A stretch of DNA of 64,000 nt from Malacoraja senta (taxonomy: Eukaryota), in the NCBI GenBank assembly GCA_038087875.1, contig CM075988.1:4216001-4280000 (forward strand). Reading direction: 5' to 3'. Position 1 is the stretch's first letter. Each line of letters begins with the position of its first letter. The translations under genes and the position numbers were made by a program. Shown here one piece after another: positions 11,841 to 23,296 of this stretch. The notes beneath the pieces are model-generated. The model did no database searches. It saw nothing but the letters and a program-made list of their open reading frames with translations, and was not told the origin of the DNA.

Positions 11841-14800
11841 TTCAAGAAAGGAACGAGAGAGAAAACGTGGAATTACAGACCAGAGAGCCTGACTTCGGTT
11901 GTGGGAAAGATGCTGGAGTCAATTATTAAAGAGGTAATAATGGGGCATTTGGATAGCAGTAAAATGATTAGTCCAAGTCAGCATGGATTTATGAAAGGGA
12001 AATCATGCTTGACTAATCTTCTGGAATTTGAGGATGTGACAAGTAAAATGGATGAAGGGGTGCCAGTGGATGTAGTGTATCTAGACTTTCAGAAAGCCTT
12101 TGATAAGGCCCCGCACGGGAGACTGGTGACTAAAATTAGAGCACATGGCATTGGGGGTAGGGTTTTGACATGGATAGGCAGACCGGAAGCAAAGAGTAGG
12201 AGCGAACGGGTCCTTTTCAGAATGGCAGGCAGTGGCGAGTGGAGTGCCGCAAGGCTCGGTGTTGGGGCCGCAACTGTTTACCATATATATTAATGATTTG
12301 GAAGAGGGAATTAGGAGTAACACTAGCAAGTTTGTGGATGACACAAAGCTGGGTGGCAGTGTGAACTGTGAAGAGGATGATAGGAGGTTACAGGGTGACC
12401 TGGACAGGTTGAGTGAGTGGGCAGATGCGTGGCAGATGCAGTATAATATAGATAACTGTGAGGTTATCCACTTTGGCGGCAAAAACAAGGGGGCAGATTA
12501 TTATCTCAATGGGGTTAGGTTAGGCAAGGGGGAGGTACAGCAAGTCCTGGGCGTCCTTGTACACCGGTCACTGAAAGTTGGCTTGCAGGTACAGCAGGCA
12601 GTGAAGAAAGCTAATGGAATGTTGGCCTTCATAACAAGAGGATTTCAGTATAGGAGTAAAGAGGTTCTTCTGCAGTTGTATAGGGCTCTGGTGAGACCAT
12701 ATCTGGAGTATTGTGTTCAGTTTTGGTCTCCTAATTTGAGGAAGGAATCTGAAATGGAATTCTAAAACGATGCATTATCTTGGTGTAACTATAACCAAAA
12801 CACTTTCCAACTTGTTTGAAACTAATTATAACAAAATTGAAGAAAACATCAAAAAGGATGTTGAGAGGTTGTCTACCCTTCCTCTGGACATCAGTGCCAG
12901 AATACAAATGGTAAAAATGAATATCCTACCTAAACTACTATATTTATTCCAATCTCTCCCAATTAATGTTCCCCAAGACAAATTCATAGCCTGGGATAAG
13001 ATGATCTCTAGATTCATTTGGAATAGCAGAAAAACAAGAATAAAACTAACAACACTTCAACTGCCGAAAAGCAAGGGTGGAATGGCTTTACCAAATCTGA
13101 GGAAATACTTTTATGCAGCTCAACTCAGACCTCTGGCTTGTTGGTGTAGACCTGATTATGAATCTCGATGGAAAGAAATGGAAAGGGAGATACAGGGTTA
13201 CCAGACCCAGATTTTGGTGGGAGACAAATATCTGAGAGGGGCTTTGAGACATGCTATGGATCCAATAGTAGCATTTACGTTAGAAATATGGAATGTTATA
13301 GTGGAAAAATACAAATTAAAAAGAGGGGTTCACACATTGAAGTGGTTCACATATGACTCAAAGTTTAAGCCAGGGGTGTATGATTCAAGATTCAAAGAAT
13401 GGGCACAAAAAGGCATAACGGCAATGTATACAGTTTCAGAAAATGGCGAGTTTATGAGCTTCCAAGATTTAAAGTCTATGAATGGTTTCGAAAACAAAGA
13501 TTTTTTTTAGATACTTGCAATTAAGAGACAACTTTACAAAAGAGATAAGGCCAGAACTAGATGAAATTTCAAAAAATTTGATCAAGGTGATTGTGGATGC
13601 ATACAAACAGAAGGGATCCCGGGTCATCTCTGCTTTCTACCAAGCGCTGGTGGGAAGCGGGGGAGAATCAACGCTCTACATAAAAACAAAATGGGAAGCA
13701 AAATTAAAGATTCAAATAACAGAAGAAGAATGGTATCAAATGTGTGAAACACAATGTTCATCCACAAGCTCACTAGTATGGAGAGAATTTTGCTGGAAGA
13801 ATCTATCTCGCTTTTTTATAACACCCAAAATAAAAAGCAGACAACTTGCTGTCCAACAACACTGTTGGAGGCTGTGTGGGAGTATGGAGGCAGACCACTC
13901 GCATATTTTCTGGAACTGTGCTAAGGCCATACTGGGAAAATGTTAATGCAGCTGTTAAGAATATCTTGGGTTATAAAATCCCAAATACCTGCCCTGTGTT
14001 GTATCTGGGGCACATTAAAGATATTGTAAAGATAGAAGATACATATTTGATTAAAGTTTTGCTTGCAGCAAGTAAGAAGGCCATTACCAGGCAGTGGCTT
14101 AATGAAAAAAGTCCAAAACAGGAACAGTGGTTAGAAATTGTGCGAGACATCTTTACTATGGAGAAATTGACATATTCCTTGAGAGTCAAGGAGAATTATT
14201 TTGAGAAGATCTGGGAAAAAATGGACCATTTATTTGAGCCATGACACCAACTAGATAAATGCCGAGCTAGATATGGGAAGATTCTGTTATATAGAACTAG
14301 ATGGTATGTTTGTGTGAATATTGAAATATTTCCAGATAACTAATCAATGTAACATTTGATTTTTTAATTTGGTAAGTGTACCACATGGTCTCATTCCAAT
14401 TATTTATTTGTTTACTTCTTTTTTTCCCCCTATCTATTTTTTTTTTTTATTTTGATTGTTGTTTTTCTTATTTTGTTTTATTTATGGTGATGGTGTTGCA
14501 CTGTTTTGTATATATCTTTGAAAAATCAATACAAATTTAAGTGAAAAAAAAACTTGAGGAAGGACATCCTTGTGATTGAGGCAGTGCAGCGTAGGTTCAC
14601 GAGATTGATCCCTGGGATGGCGGGACTGTCATATGAGGAAAGATTGAAAAGACTAGACTTGTATCACTGGAGTTTAGAAGGATGAGGGGGAATCTTATAG
14701 AAACAAATAAAATTATAAAAGGACTGGACAAGCTAGATGCAGGAAAAATGTTCCCAATGATGGGCGAGTCCAGAACCAGGGGCCACAGTCTTAGAATAAA

Positions 14801-15090
14801 GGGGAGGTCATTTAAGACTGAGGTGAGAAAAAAGTTTTTCACCCAGAGAGTTGAGAATTTATGGAATTCCCTGCCACAGAGGGCAGTGTAGGCCAAATCA
14901 CTGGATAGATTTAAGAGAGAGTTAGATAGAGCTCTATGGGGCTAGTGGAGTCAAGGGATATGGGGAGAAGGCAGGCACGGGTTATTGATAGGGGATGATC
15001 AGCCATGATCACAATGAATGGCGGTGCTGGCTTGAAGGGCCGAATAGCCTCCTCCTGCACCTATTTTCTATGTTTCTATGTTTCTATGTT
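11841..15090 (+). mobile_element. 5'-truncated CR1 LINE (RT through 3' tail), itself inserted in another CR1 end and interrupted by an L1
   Basis: NYRPESLTSVVGK, QHGFMKGKSCLTNLLEF, YLDFQKAFDK, SGVPQGSVLGP, FVDDTKL, RPYLEYCVQFWSP; resumes at 14551; (tttctatg)n tail at 15065-15090. Confidence 0.92.
12747..14550 (+). mobile_element. 5'-truncated L1 LINE (ORF2 C-terminal part, frameshifted)
   Basis: [39 protein letters not shown]...HIFWNC zinc knuckle, T-rich 3' UTR, poly(A); 14-bp TSD aatttgaggaagga (12733-12746) / aacttgaggaagga (14551-14564). Confidence 0.93.
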
Positions 15091-15324
15091 ATGGGGATAA
15101 GGCAGGAGAATAGGGTTGAAAGGGAGAGATAGATCAGCCATGATTGAATGGTGGAGTAGACTTGATGGGTCAGATGACCTAATTCTACTCCTATTCCTTA
15201 TGACCTTAATGAGAGGTGACTTCATTGATGTTTGCACAATACATAAAAGGTTTGACTAACTAATGATTTCTCTGGCTGTGGTATCTAGAATGAGGTATCA
15301 AGTCTCAAAAGAAGACATTGAACA

Positions 15325-15515
15325 GTACGTGTAGGAAGGAATGTCAGATGCTGGTTTCAATCGAAGATAAACACAAAAAGCTGGAGTAACTCAGCGGGTC
15401 AGACACAATCACTGTCAGACCGAAGAAGGGCCTCGACCCTAAACGTCACCTATTCCTTCTCTCCAAAGATGCTGTCTGACCCGCTGAGTTACTCCAGCAT
15501 TTTGTGTCTATCTTC
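15325..15515. mobile_element. PLE-derived inverted (hairpin) mini-element
   Basis: Inverted PLE tails with a degenerate hammerhead motif at about 15417-15450; perfect 14-bp TSD gaagacattgaaca (15311-15324, 15516-15529). Confidence 0.85.
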
Positions 15516-18500
15516 GAAGACATTGAACATTCAGGATAGAGATGAGAATGAATCTGTTCACCAAAAGGGTCCTGCATTTTGGAATTCAGTTCCAGATTGG
15601 CAGATTTTTTTTAGATGTAAAAGAAATTGAGCAAAATAGAATTAGTGCAGGGAAGGAACACTGAGGTAAAAGAGCAGCAGTGAGCTGATTGAATGGTGGA
15701 GCAGGCAGGAGATGTAGCATTGCAAAATGCCGCTTCTATTTATTTTTTCTTATGTTCTTCAGATAAGAGGTGTGGACAGATTTTAATCAGCACCAGTTTG
15801 TTACCATGGTTTTGTGCTCTCAGTAAACAGCGCAGATTAAATTTCACTGAAATCATTTTGGTAAGGTCATAATACAGATTTTATATACTTCCAGTCCAGG
15901 AATAATTGAGCAATACATTCTCAACAGCCCATTTTTTTGGGATCAATCAATTTTAGACCTTGTGGTCTTCTGTTTGGTAATGCCTTTTGAAAAGTGGCCG
16001 CCTTTCAATGTAAAATGGGTTGAAAAGCTCTAAAACATAAAGCATGCTACAAGGAGCATAAACATCTCATTCAGAATGTCCTTCCTACTTTACAGGGAGT
16101 TAGATAGTTATGAAGTGTAAATTGTTTAAGATTTAGACTTTAGACTTAAGGCTTTAGAGCTACAATGCGGAAAAAAGGCCCTTCAGCCCACCGACTCCGC
16201 GCCGACCAGTGATCACCCCATACTATATAGCACCATCTTACACACTAGGGACTATTAACAATTTCACCAAAGCCAATTAGCCTACAAACCCGTACGTCTT
16301 TGGAGTGTGGGAGGAAATGGGAGCTCCCTCGGAAAACCCACGCAGGTCACGGGGCGAACGTACATACTCCGTACAGACAGCACCCATAGTCAGGATCGAA
16401 CCCGCGTATCTGGCGCTGCTTCACCATGTCATCAAGAGCAAATTTGTATGTGATGCTTCCCACATGTGTATGTCAACTGGATCCCACCAGAATGAGTACC
16501 TTGCCATAGACAGGGACTTGGAAATAGTGTGACCCTATCCATCCGAACTTATCCAACTGCCTATGTAAACATCTGAAGCTTTTGATAACTCAGGAACAGT
16601 GAAAGTTCTTTGGCTTCACAGATACTGTCATAATTGGAACAATCACTGTGAACAACCAGTGAGCCTCCTGTGCCAAGATCTTCAATATTCACAACATAGG
16701 TTTGTTTTCCTTGCATTGGCACATGGTCTTCAGTAGCATTGAACTCACTGGTCCAGAAATTCATCTGAATGGGTGAATTCAACATTCATGCAACATTATC
16801 AAACTATAATGGGAGTTAACTCCAGTTGCTCACCAAGATTTGTGGGTTTTATGTGCTCATGCACCAGCTTGCTGATGATCTCGAGTCATAGAGGCAGAGA
16901 GTGTGGAAACAGGCCCTTTGGCCCAACCTGCCAATAGCGGCCAACATGTCCCAGCTACACTAGTCCCATCTGCCCGCGTTTGGTCCATTTTCCCCCAAAC
17001 CTGTCCTTTCCATGTACCTGCCTAACTTTCTTAAACTCTGGGGGAGACCCAGCCTCAACTACCTCTTCTGGCAGCTTGTTCCATGCACTCACCACCCTTT
17101 GTGTTACCCCTCAGATTCATCTTTTCCCCTTCACCTTCCTCTATGTCCTGAGGTCCTCGATTTCACCCTTTCTGGGCAAGAGACTCAGTGCATCTGCCCA
17201 ATCTATTCCTCTCATGATTTTGTTCTGGGTAACAAATTAAGTTAATATAAGTACAGTGTCCAACATAGAAAATAGAATCGGGGAGGAGGGTGGAGGAAAT
17301 CGGTGACGAAGGCGGATGCTGGAGAAAGGACCATTTTCAAGATGGCGTCCGATGGAGGAGAGGATCTGTGTCGCCATGACAATGGGCCTTCAAGGCCAGG
17401 ATAATATTGTGCTCTTATGAACTCTGAAACTTTGTGGGCACCAGAAATATTGCGACTTTTTGTATCCACTGTCTCGGTGAAATCTACTATTATTTTACAA
17501 CCATTGTAGTTTTGTACTTATCTATGATTGTGCTTATCAAGGGTATTATTTTACTGCAAAACAATGAATTTCACTGTACCTGTGTGCATGGGTACATGGG
17601 ACGATAAAGTAACATCATCATCATCATCTGCAATAGGCTCTATAGCTGACTATGTCTATGCCAACCATGATGCATAGACCAACTCGATCTGTCTACGTAA
17701 CCTATACCCCTCCATTCCCCTTCATATCCATTGTCTATCCAAAGTCTCTTAAATGCCACTATCATATCTGCATCTTCCACCACCCCTGCAGCAAATTCCA
17801 GGCACTCACCACCGTCTATGTAAAAGACTTGCCTAGCTCATCTCCCTTAAACGTTGCCCCTTTCACTTTAAATGTATGTCCTCTAGTAATTTGTATTTCC
17901 ATTCTGAGAAAAAGGTTCAGACTGTCTACCCTATCTATGCCTTTCATAATTGTATATGTCTTATTCAAGTCTCCACTCAACCTTCAGCACCAGAGTAAAC
18001 ACTGCAAGTCTGTCAATCTCTCCCTGTAGCTAATTAGTTCATAAATTCATAATACTCCCTAATCTAGGCATAGCTAATTAGTTCATAAATTCATAATACT
18101 CCCTAATCTTGGTATCATTCTGGTAAACCTTTTCACTCTAACCCACGACAGAAGGGGGAGAAGTTGTACAGTGTGATAGCCACAGGGGATAAAGGATCTC
18201 CTGTGGCATTCTGTGATGCATCTTGGTGGAACCAGTCTGTTGCTGAAAATACTCCTCAGGTTGACCTGTGTCATGGAGGGGGTGAGCTGCATTGTCCAAG
18301 ATACTTTGATAGCCTTCCTCACAGTCCGCAATCTTGGAGTCTTACTGTACCAACATATGGACAGAATTTTTGCGTCTGTGAAAATAACATCAATACGACT
18401 GCAACTGCTCATTTGCGGAGAGAATAATGTAATGATCCTGGATGTTCAGAGTGAAGTACAAAGTCAGATAAGAGATAGATACAAAATTCTGGAGTATCTC

Positions 18501-18535
18501 AGCGGGACAGGCAGCATCCCTGGATAGATGAAATG

Positions 18536-18567
18536 GGTGACGTTTCGGGTCGAGACCCTTCTTCAGA
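18536..18567 (-). ncRNA. Minimal type I hammerhead ribozyme motif (consensus-like core) in a PLE tail
   Basis: Minus strand: atCTGAAGAa-gggt-ctcg-accc-GAAACGTCaccc; host insert flanked by a tcagataag duplication. Confidence 0.6.
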
Positions 18568-20259
18568 TAAGCCTTACCTACATTGACTACATGAGCAAAG
18601 TCAGGGTCATCATCAATGGTACAATGGTGCTTTATTGTTACATGTGCAAATACACAGTTAAATTATTTTCTTACAAGTAGTGCAGCAGAGTATCACTATA
18701 CCATACAGGTTTCTGGGTTAAATGGCTTGGTGTTAATGTAAATTGTCCCTAGTGTGTTGGATGTGCGGGGATCACTGGTCGGTGTGGAGTCGGTGGGCCA
18801 AAGGGCCTGTTTCCACGCTGTATCTCTAAACTAAACTAAAAATAAATTTAGTAGTACAGGACAGAAATGGCCTGCTGAGCCCGCATGCAAGAGGTGCCAT
18901 GTTTTAGCACCATTTTGCGAGTCCAGTCCATGCTCCAGTCATTATGAGCGGTGCCTGATTCAGGCAAATCCCAGGATCCTGTGGCCTCCAGCCTTCACCT
19001 TCCCTTGGTCACTCTCAGAACCCTTGTTTTAGGATTCTTGGAGGCTGTAAGTGGCCAGATACACGACATGGGGGACGGCGGTGCTGTGATAGCCCAAAAC
19101 AGCAGGAACAAGGTAGCTTGGTGTAAATGTAAATTGTCTCTAGTGTGTGTAGGGTAGTGTTAGTGTGTGGTGATCACTGGTCGGCGTGGACTGGGTGGGC
19201 CGAAGGGCCTGTTTCCGTGTTGTATCTCTAAACTAAGAAAAAACAGTAAAAGGAGGAACCTTCCATCTTTAGTGTATTCACCTTTGGAAATGGGCATTTG
19301 GTTGAAGTGCAGCATTCCCTAAAGTGCGGGCACTAAGACAGGACAGAGTAATCATACTAACTCCTCCTTGACAATGTCCTGCTATGTGCCCTACGCTGCC
19401 TGCTGTGTTCAGTTCTCTTCACAAGTCTGTGCAGATATGGAGGACACTGCCAATTCCTCCCGTCATTGGAGCGTACGCTGTTCGTCAGAGCGACCCTTTG
19501 TGGCCTGCTTCCTGCATGCAGAACTGAGGAGAAGTCTTACTAATATTGGAAATTCATTGTTATTCTGCTGTTTCAGGAGGAGAGTGAGCTTATACCAGAA
19601 AGCGGAAAGCACTGTTTTGGAATGGGGCCAACAAATTTTGTAAACCTTGTAAAAAATGGAATTCTAGTCTGTGATTTTAAGGATAGAAATTGGCACATAT
19701 GCAATCCCAAGCTGATAATTCCTCACCAACCATACGCAGTTATCACACTTCACTGACATCTTTATGCATCTTGCATCGTGCAGATTTTTCCCCAGGTCCT
19801 GGGTCAATGTTGATTGGAAACATTGTTTTCTGAGGCAAAGGTGATATCTTCAGGACTCCATTTGCCGTTCCTCAGCCCACTACTCAGCTGATTAAGGACT
19901 AGCTGTAATTCTTGATAATCTTCTTCACTGTTTTCGATACCCTCTATTTTAGTGTTGTCTGCAAACTTACTAATAATGCCTTGTACATTCTCGTCTCAGT
20001 TGTTGATTTAGATGACAAACAGCAATGGCCCAGCACTGACCCAGAAAGTAGACAACTAATCACGGGGCTCTGATGCTAAAAAACACCTCCCACCACCACC
20101 CCCTGCCTCTCACCATGAAGCCATTTAATCTTCCAGAACAGCCTACCTAAAGTATAGAACTTTATCAAAGGCCTTTATGAAGTTCATATAGACTACATCT
20201 TGTTTAGTTTAGTTTAGTTTAGTGTCATTTGTACTGAGGTACCAGTAAAAAGTTTGTTG

Positions 20260-20338
20260 TTGCATGTTGCATGTTGCATGTTGCATGTTGCATGTTGCAT
20301 GTTGCATGTTGCATGTTGCATGTTGCATGTTGCATGTT
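20260..20338. repeat. (TTGCATG)n tandem repeat inside a minus-strand Rex-type LINE end (about 20210-20720)
   Basis: About 11 perfect heptamer copies. Confidence 0.95.
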
Positions 20339-22183
20339 AACTAGGCAGCAGAAAGAATATGCATGGTTACAAATGAGCCAGGATACAGATATAGGATAAA
20401 GGGAATAAAGTTTACTGCTAGAAAAAAGTTCAGTAATATCCGATGATAGTCCAATGGTTTCCAATCAGGTAGATGGTAGGTCAGGACTAGATGTTGGTAG
20501 GATGGTTCAGTTTCCTGATATCAGCTGGGAGAAAACTGTCCCTGAATCTGAAGGTGTGCGTTTTCACACCTCTGTGCCTCTTCCCCAATGGGAGAGGGGA
20601 GAAGAGGTAGTGGCCGGGGTGAGACTGGTCCTTGGTTATGGTGGCAGCCTTACCGAGACAGTGTGAAGTGTAGATAGAGTCAATGGAAGTGAGGTTGCTT
20701 TGTGTGATGGTCTGGGCTGTCCTGCCCCCTATTGCCCTGCCTCTTTTGTTCCTCTTGGTTACGTCTTCAAAATACACACTCAAATTTGTGAGAATTGATC
20801 CCTTGTCCACTGCCATGTCGACCGTATCTAATAAACAGTTGTCTTTCCAAATGCATGTGGTTCTTGGAGAAAACCCACGCAGGTCATGGAGAGAACGTAC
20901 AAACTCCATACAGACAGCACCTGTAGTCAGGATCGAACCCAGATCACTGGCGCTGTAAGGCAGCAACTCAACCGCTGCGCCACCGTGCCGCCCTTGTCGA
21001 TTAACAGAAGTTAACGTGGGTCCCTGTCGAGAAAGATTGGGGAAATCATAATTTGAGAAAGATTGGGGAAATCATCATTCGAAGAGCAGCACAGGTTCAA
21101 TCCTGACCCCAGGTGCTGTCTGTGTAGAGTTTGCACATTCTCCCTTTGTATTTTGAACTGTAATTATCTATCTATGACCTTCAGAATGTTATAAACCTTT
21201 CCCAGGTCGACCTTCAAACTTCTTTGTGCCAAGGAGAATAGTGTCTACCCAGTCTCATCATATAATTCCATTTCTCCAGTAGAGGAAACATATTCATATT
21301 TTTTTCCCCAGCATAATCACATCCTTCCTGCAGTGTGTCGATCAGAACTGCGCACAATACTCGTGGGACTCGGTAGATGGGTGAAGGGAAGTGCAAAGTT
21401 ACAGAACGGCTACACTGAGAGGGGATAAACTGCAGTAAAAGGAGGATGACAAGCATTGAAACCTGGTGCATGGACAAAAAAATCAACTGTAAATTGAATT
21501 ATTTTAAGACGTTTTCAGTGTATGAGAGAGGAAAATATTCTGTAATTGTACAGAAGCTTGGTCAGATTCTAGATAGAGACTTGCATTCATTTTGGGGACT
21601 ACATTGCAGGAAGATATCATTTTGAGAGTCCCCTGTAACCTTCGAGAAGGTCAGAGAGAAATAAACATTAACTTGTGAGCTTGATGCAAGCATATGGATA
21701 GTGGTTGTTCGAGGAGGGATTCATTTAATCTCTGTATTTAAAATCTATTCGCACTGATGGTGCAATAGAGAACAAGAAGGCCTGCTCTTTGATAAGGAAA
21801 GCAAGTAGAGTGAGGTGAAGCCAGGAAGATAGACACAAAAAGCTGGAGTAACTCAACAGGTCAGACATTATCTCTGGAAAAAAGGAATAGAACCTCCTTC
21901 AGACTGAGAGTCAGGGGGAAAGGGAAACGAGAGATATAGACGGTGATATAGAGGTGATGTAGAACAAATGAATGAAAGATATGCAAAAAAGTGACGATGA
22001 TAAAGGAAACAGGCTATTGTTAGCAGTGGAATAGGTGAAAAAGTGTTACAGTCAATGAGACTCAGCAAGCCGGCTGAAGTTAGGAAGTACAGCTTCACAT
22101 AAAGAGCGGCACAGGTTGCAGGGCATGAGGGGCAAATCGTGCAGCAATGGAGATGATATGGTCTAAAGCCCAATTCAATAAAA

Positions 22184-22500
22184 GGCAGCACAGCAGTGCA
22201 GCGGTAGAGTTGCTGCCTTACAGCACCAGAGACCCCGATCGATCCCGACAGTGGGTGCTCATCCGTATGGAGTTTGTCCGTTCTCCCCGTGACCTGCTCG
22301 GGTTTTCTCCGAGTGCTCCGATTTCCTCTCACACTCCAAAGACATTCAGGTTTGTAGGTTAATTGACTTCGGTACAATTGCAAATTGTCCCTAGTGTGTG
22401 TCGGCTAGTGTCAGTGTGCAGGGATCGCTGGTCGGCGCGGACTCGGTGAGCCGACGGGCCTGTTTCTGCGCTGTATCTCTAAACTAAACTATAAACTAAA
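22184..22500 (+). mobile_element. HE1-like tRNA-derived SINE, full length (further copies at about 6140-6430, 16135-16420, 46330-46580, 48582-48894, 51397-51712, 56639-56941, 62520-62840)
   Basis: tRNA-like head, ctccccgtgacc...ggtttgtaggttaattg core, gggcctgtttc..gctgtatctctaaactaaa tail resembling local CR1 3' ends. Confidence 0.88.
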
Positions 22501-22854
22501 GGTGCAGGCTCAATGCTCCTCGAGGATGAATGTAATCTTCCTATTTCCTACGACATTTAATGAACCAAAATCTTTAGGGAAAAGGTCGCAGCAAGGAGGG
22601 CTGTCTGCACTCTATATATTTAAGTGCAAATTAGGGCAAAGCAACTTAAGCCAGTTGAGCAACAAGTAATAGGGTACATCAGTCAACATTTGACATCACT
22701 TTTTAACTGAGACGATTTGATAATAGAAAGCAGTAACCTCTGGAAAGAATGGTTCAGATCCATTAGCCCACTACACCCAATTCTGTCAGTTTCATAATGG
22801 GTATTTTAAAATGAAACTGCTGAGGGGTATCACTAAAAACGAAGCAGAGATACA

Positions 22855-23220
22855 TGTTGATAAGTGATAGGAGCAGCATTAGGCCATTCAGCCCATCAAG
22901 TCTACGCCGCCATTCAATCATGGCTGATCGATCTCTCCCCACTAACACCATTCTCCTGCTTTCTTCCCATAACCCCTGCCACCCATACTAATCAAGAATA
23001 AGTCAATCTCCGATTTAAAAATATCCATTGGCTTGACTTCCACAGCCTTCTGTGGCAATGAATTCCACAGATTCACCAACCTGTGACTAAAGAAATTCCT
23101 CTTCATCTCCTTTCTAAAGGTGCATCCTTTCATTCTGAGGCTATGCCCTCTAGTCTGAGACTCTCTCACTAGTGGAAACATCCTCTCTACATCCTCTCTA
23201 TTCAAGCATTTCACTGATTG
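22855..23220 (-). mobile_element. CR1 LINE 3' end
   Basis: VERMFPLVRESQTRGHSL...NFFSHRLVNLWNSLPQKAV. Confidence 0.9.
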
Positions 23221-23296
23221 ATCATTTTTCATTATGCCTGATTAATTCCTATAGCACAGAAATCACATTTTTACTACATTGGAGTTGTATCCTGAA

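Noticed and set aside
15763..15859. Possible host exon (cag acceptor, gtaagg donor)
   Set aside because: The single open frame is unrecognisable and no partner exons were found
16420..16880. Apparently unique sequence with a 74-aa minus ORF
   Set aside because: No recognisable motif in the frames I read; cannot support a call
18027..18110. 44-bp direct duplication (similar small ones at about 21029-21078 and 9165-9250)
   Set aside because: Ordinary local slippage inside decayed LINEs
19340..19650. Apparently unique sequence with a 91-aa ORF / possible promoter
   Set aside because: Non-ATG start, no domain, no convincing splice or promoter architecture
22184..22270. tRNA-like sequences at SINE heads
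   Set aside because: A/B boxes only, continuing into SINE body and tail; not tRNA genes
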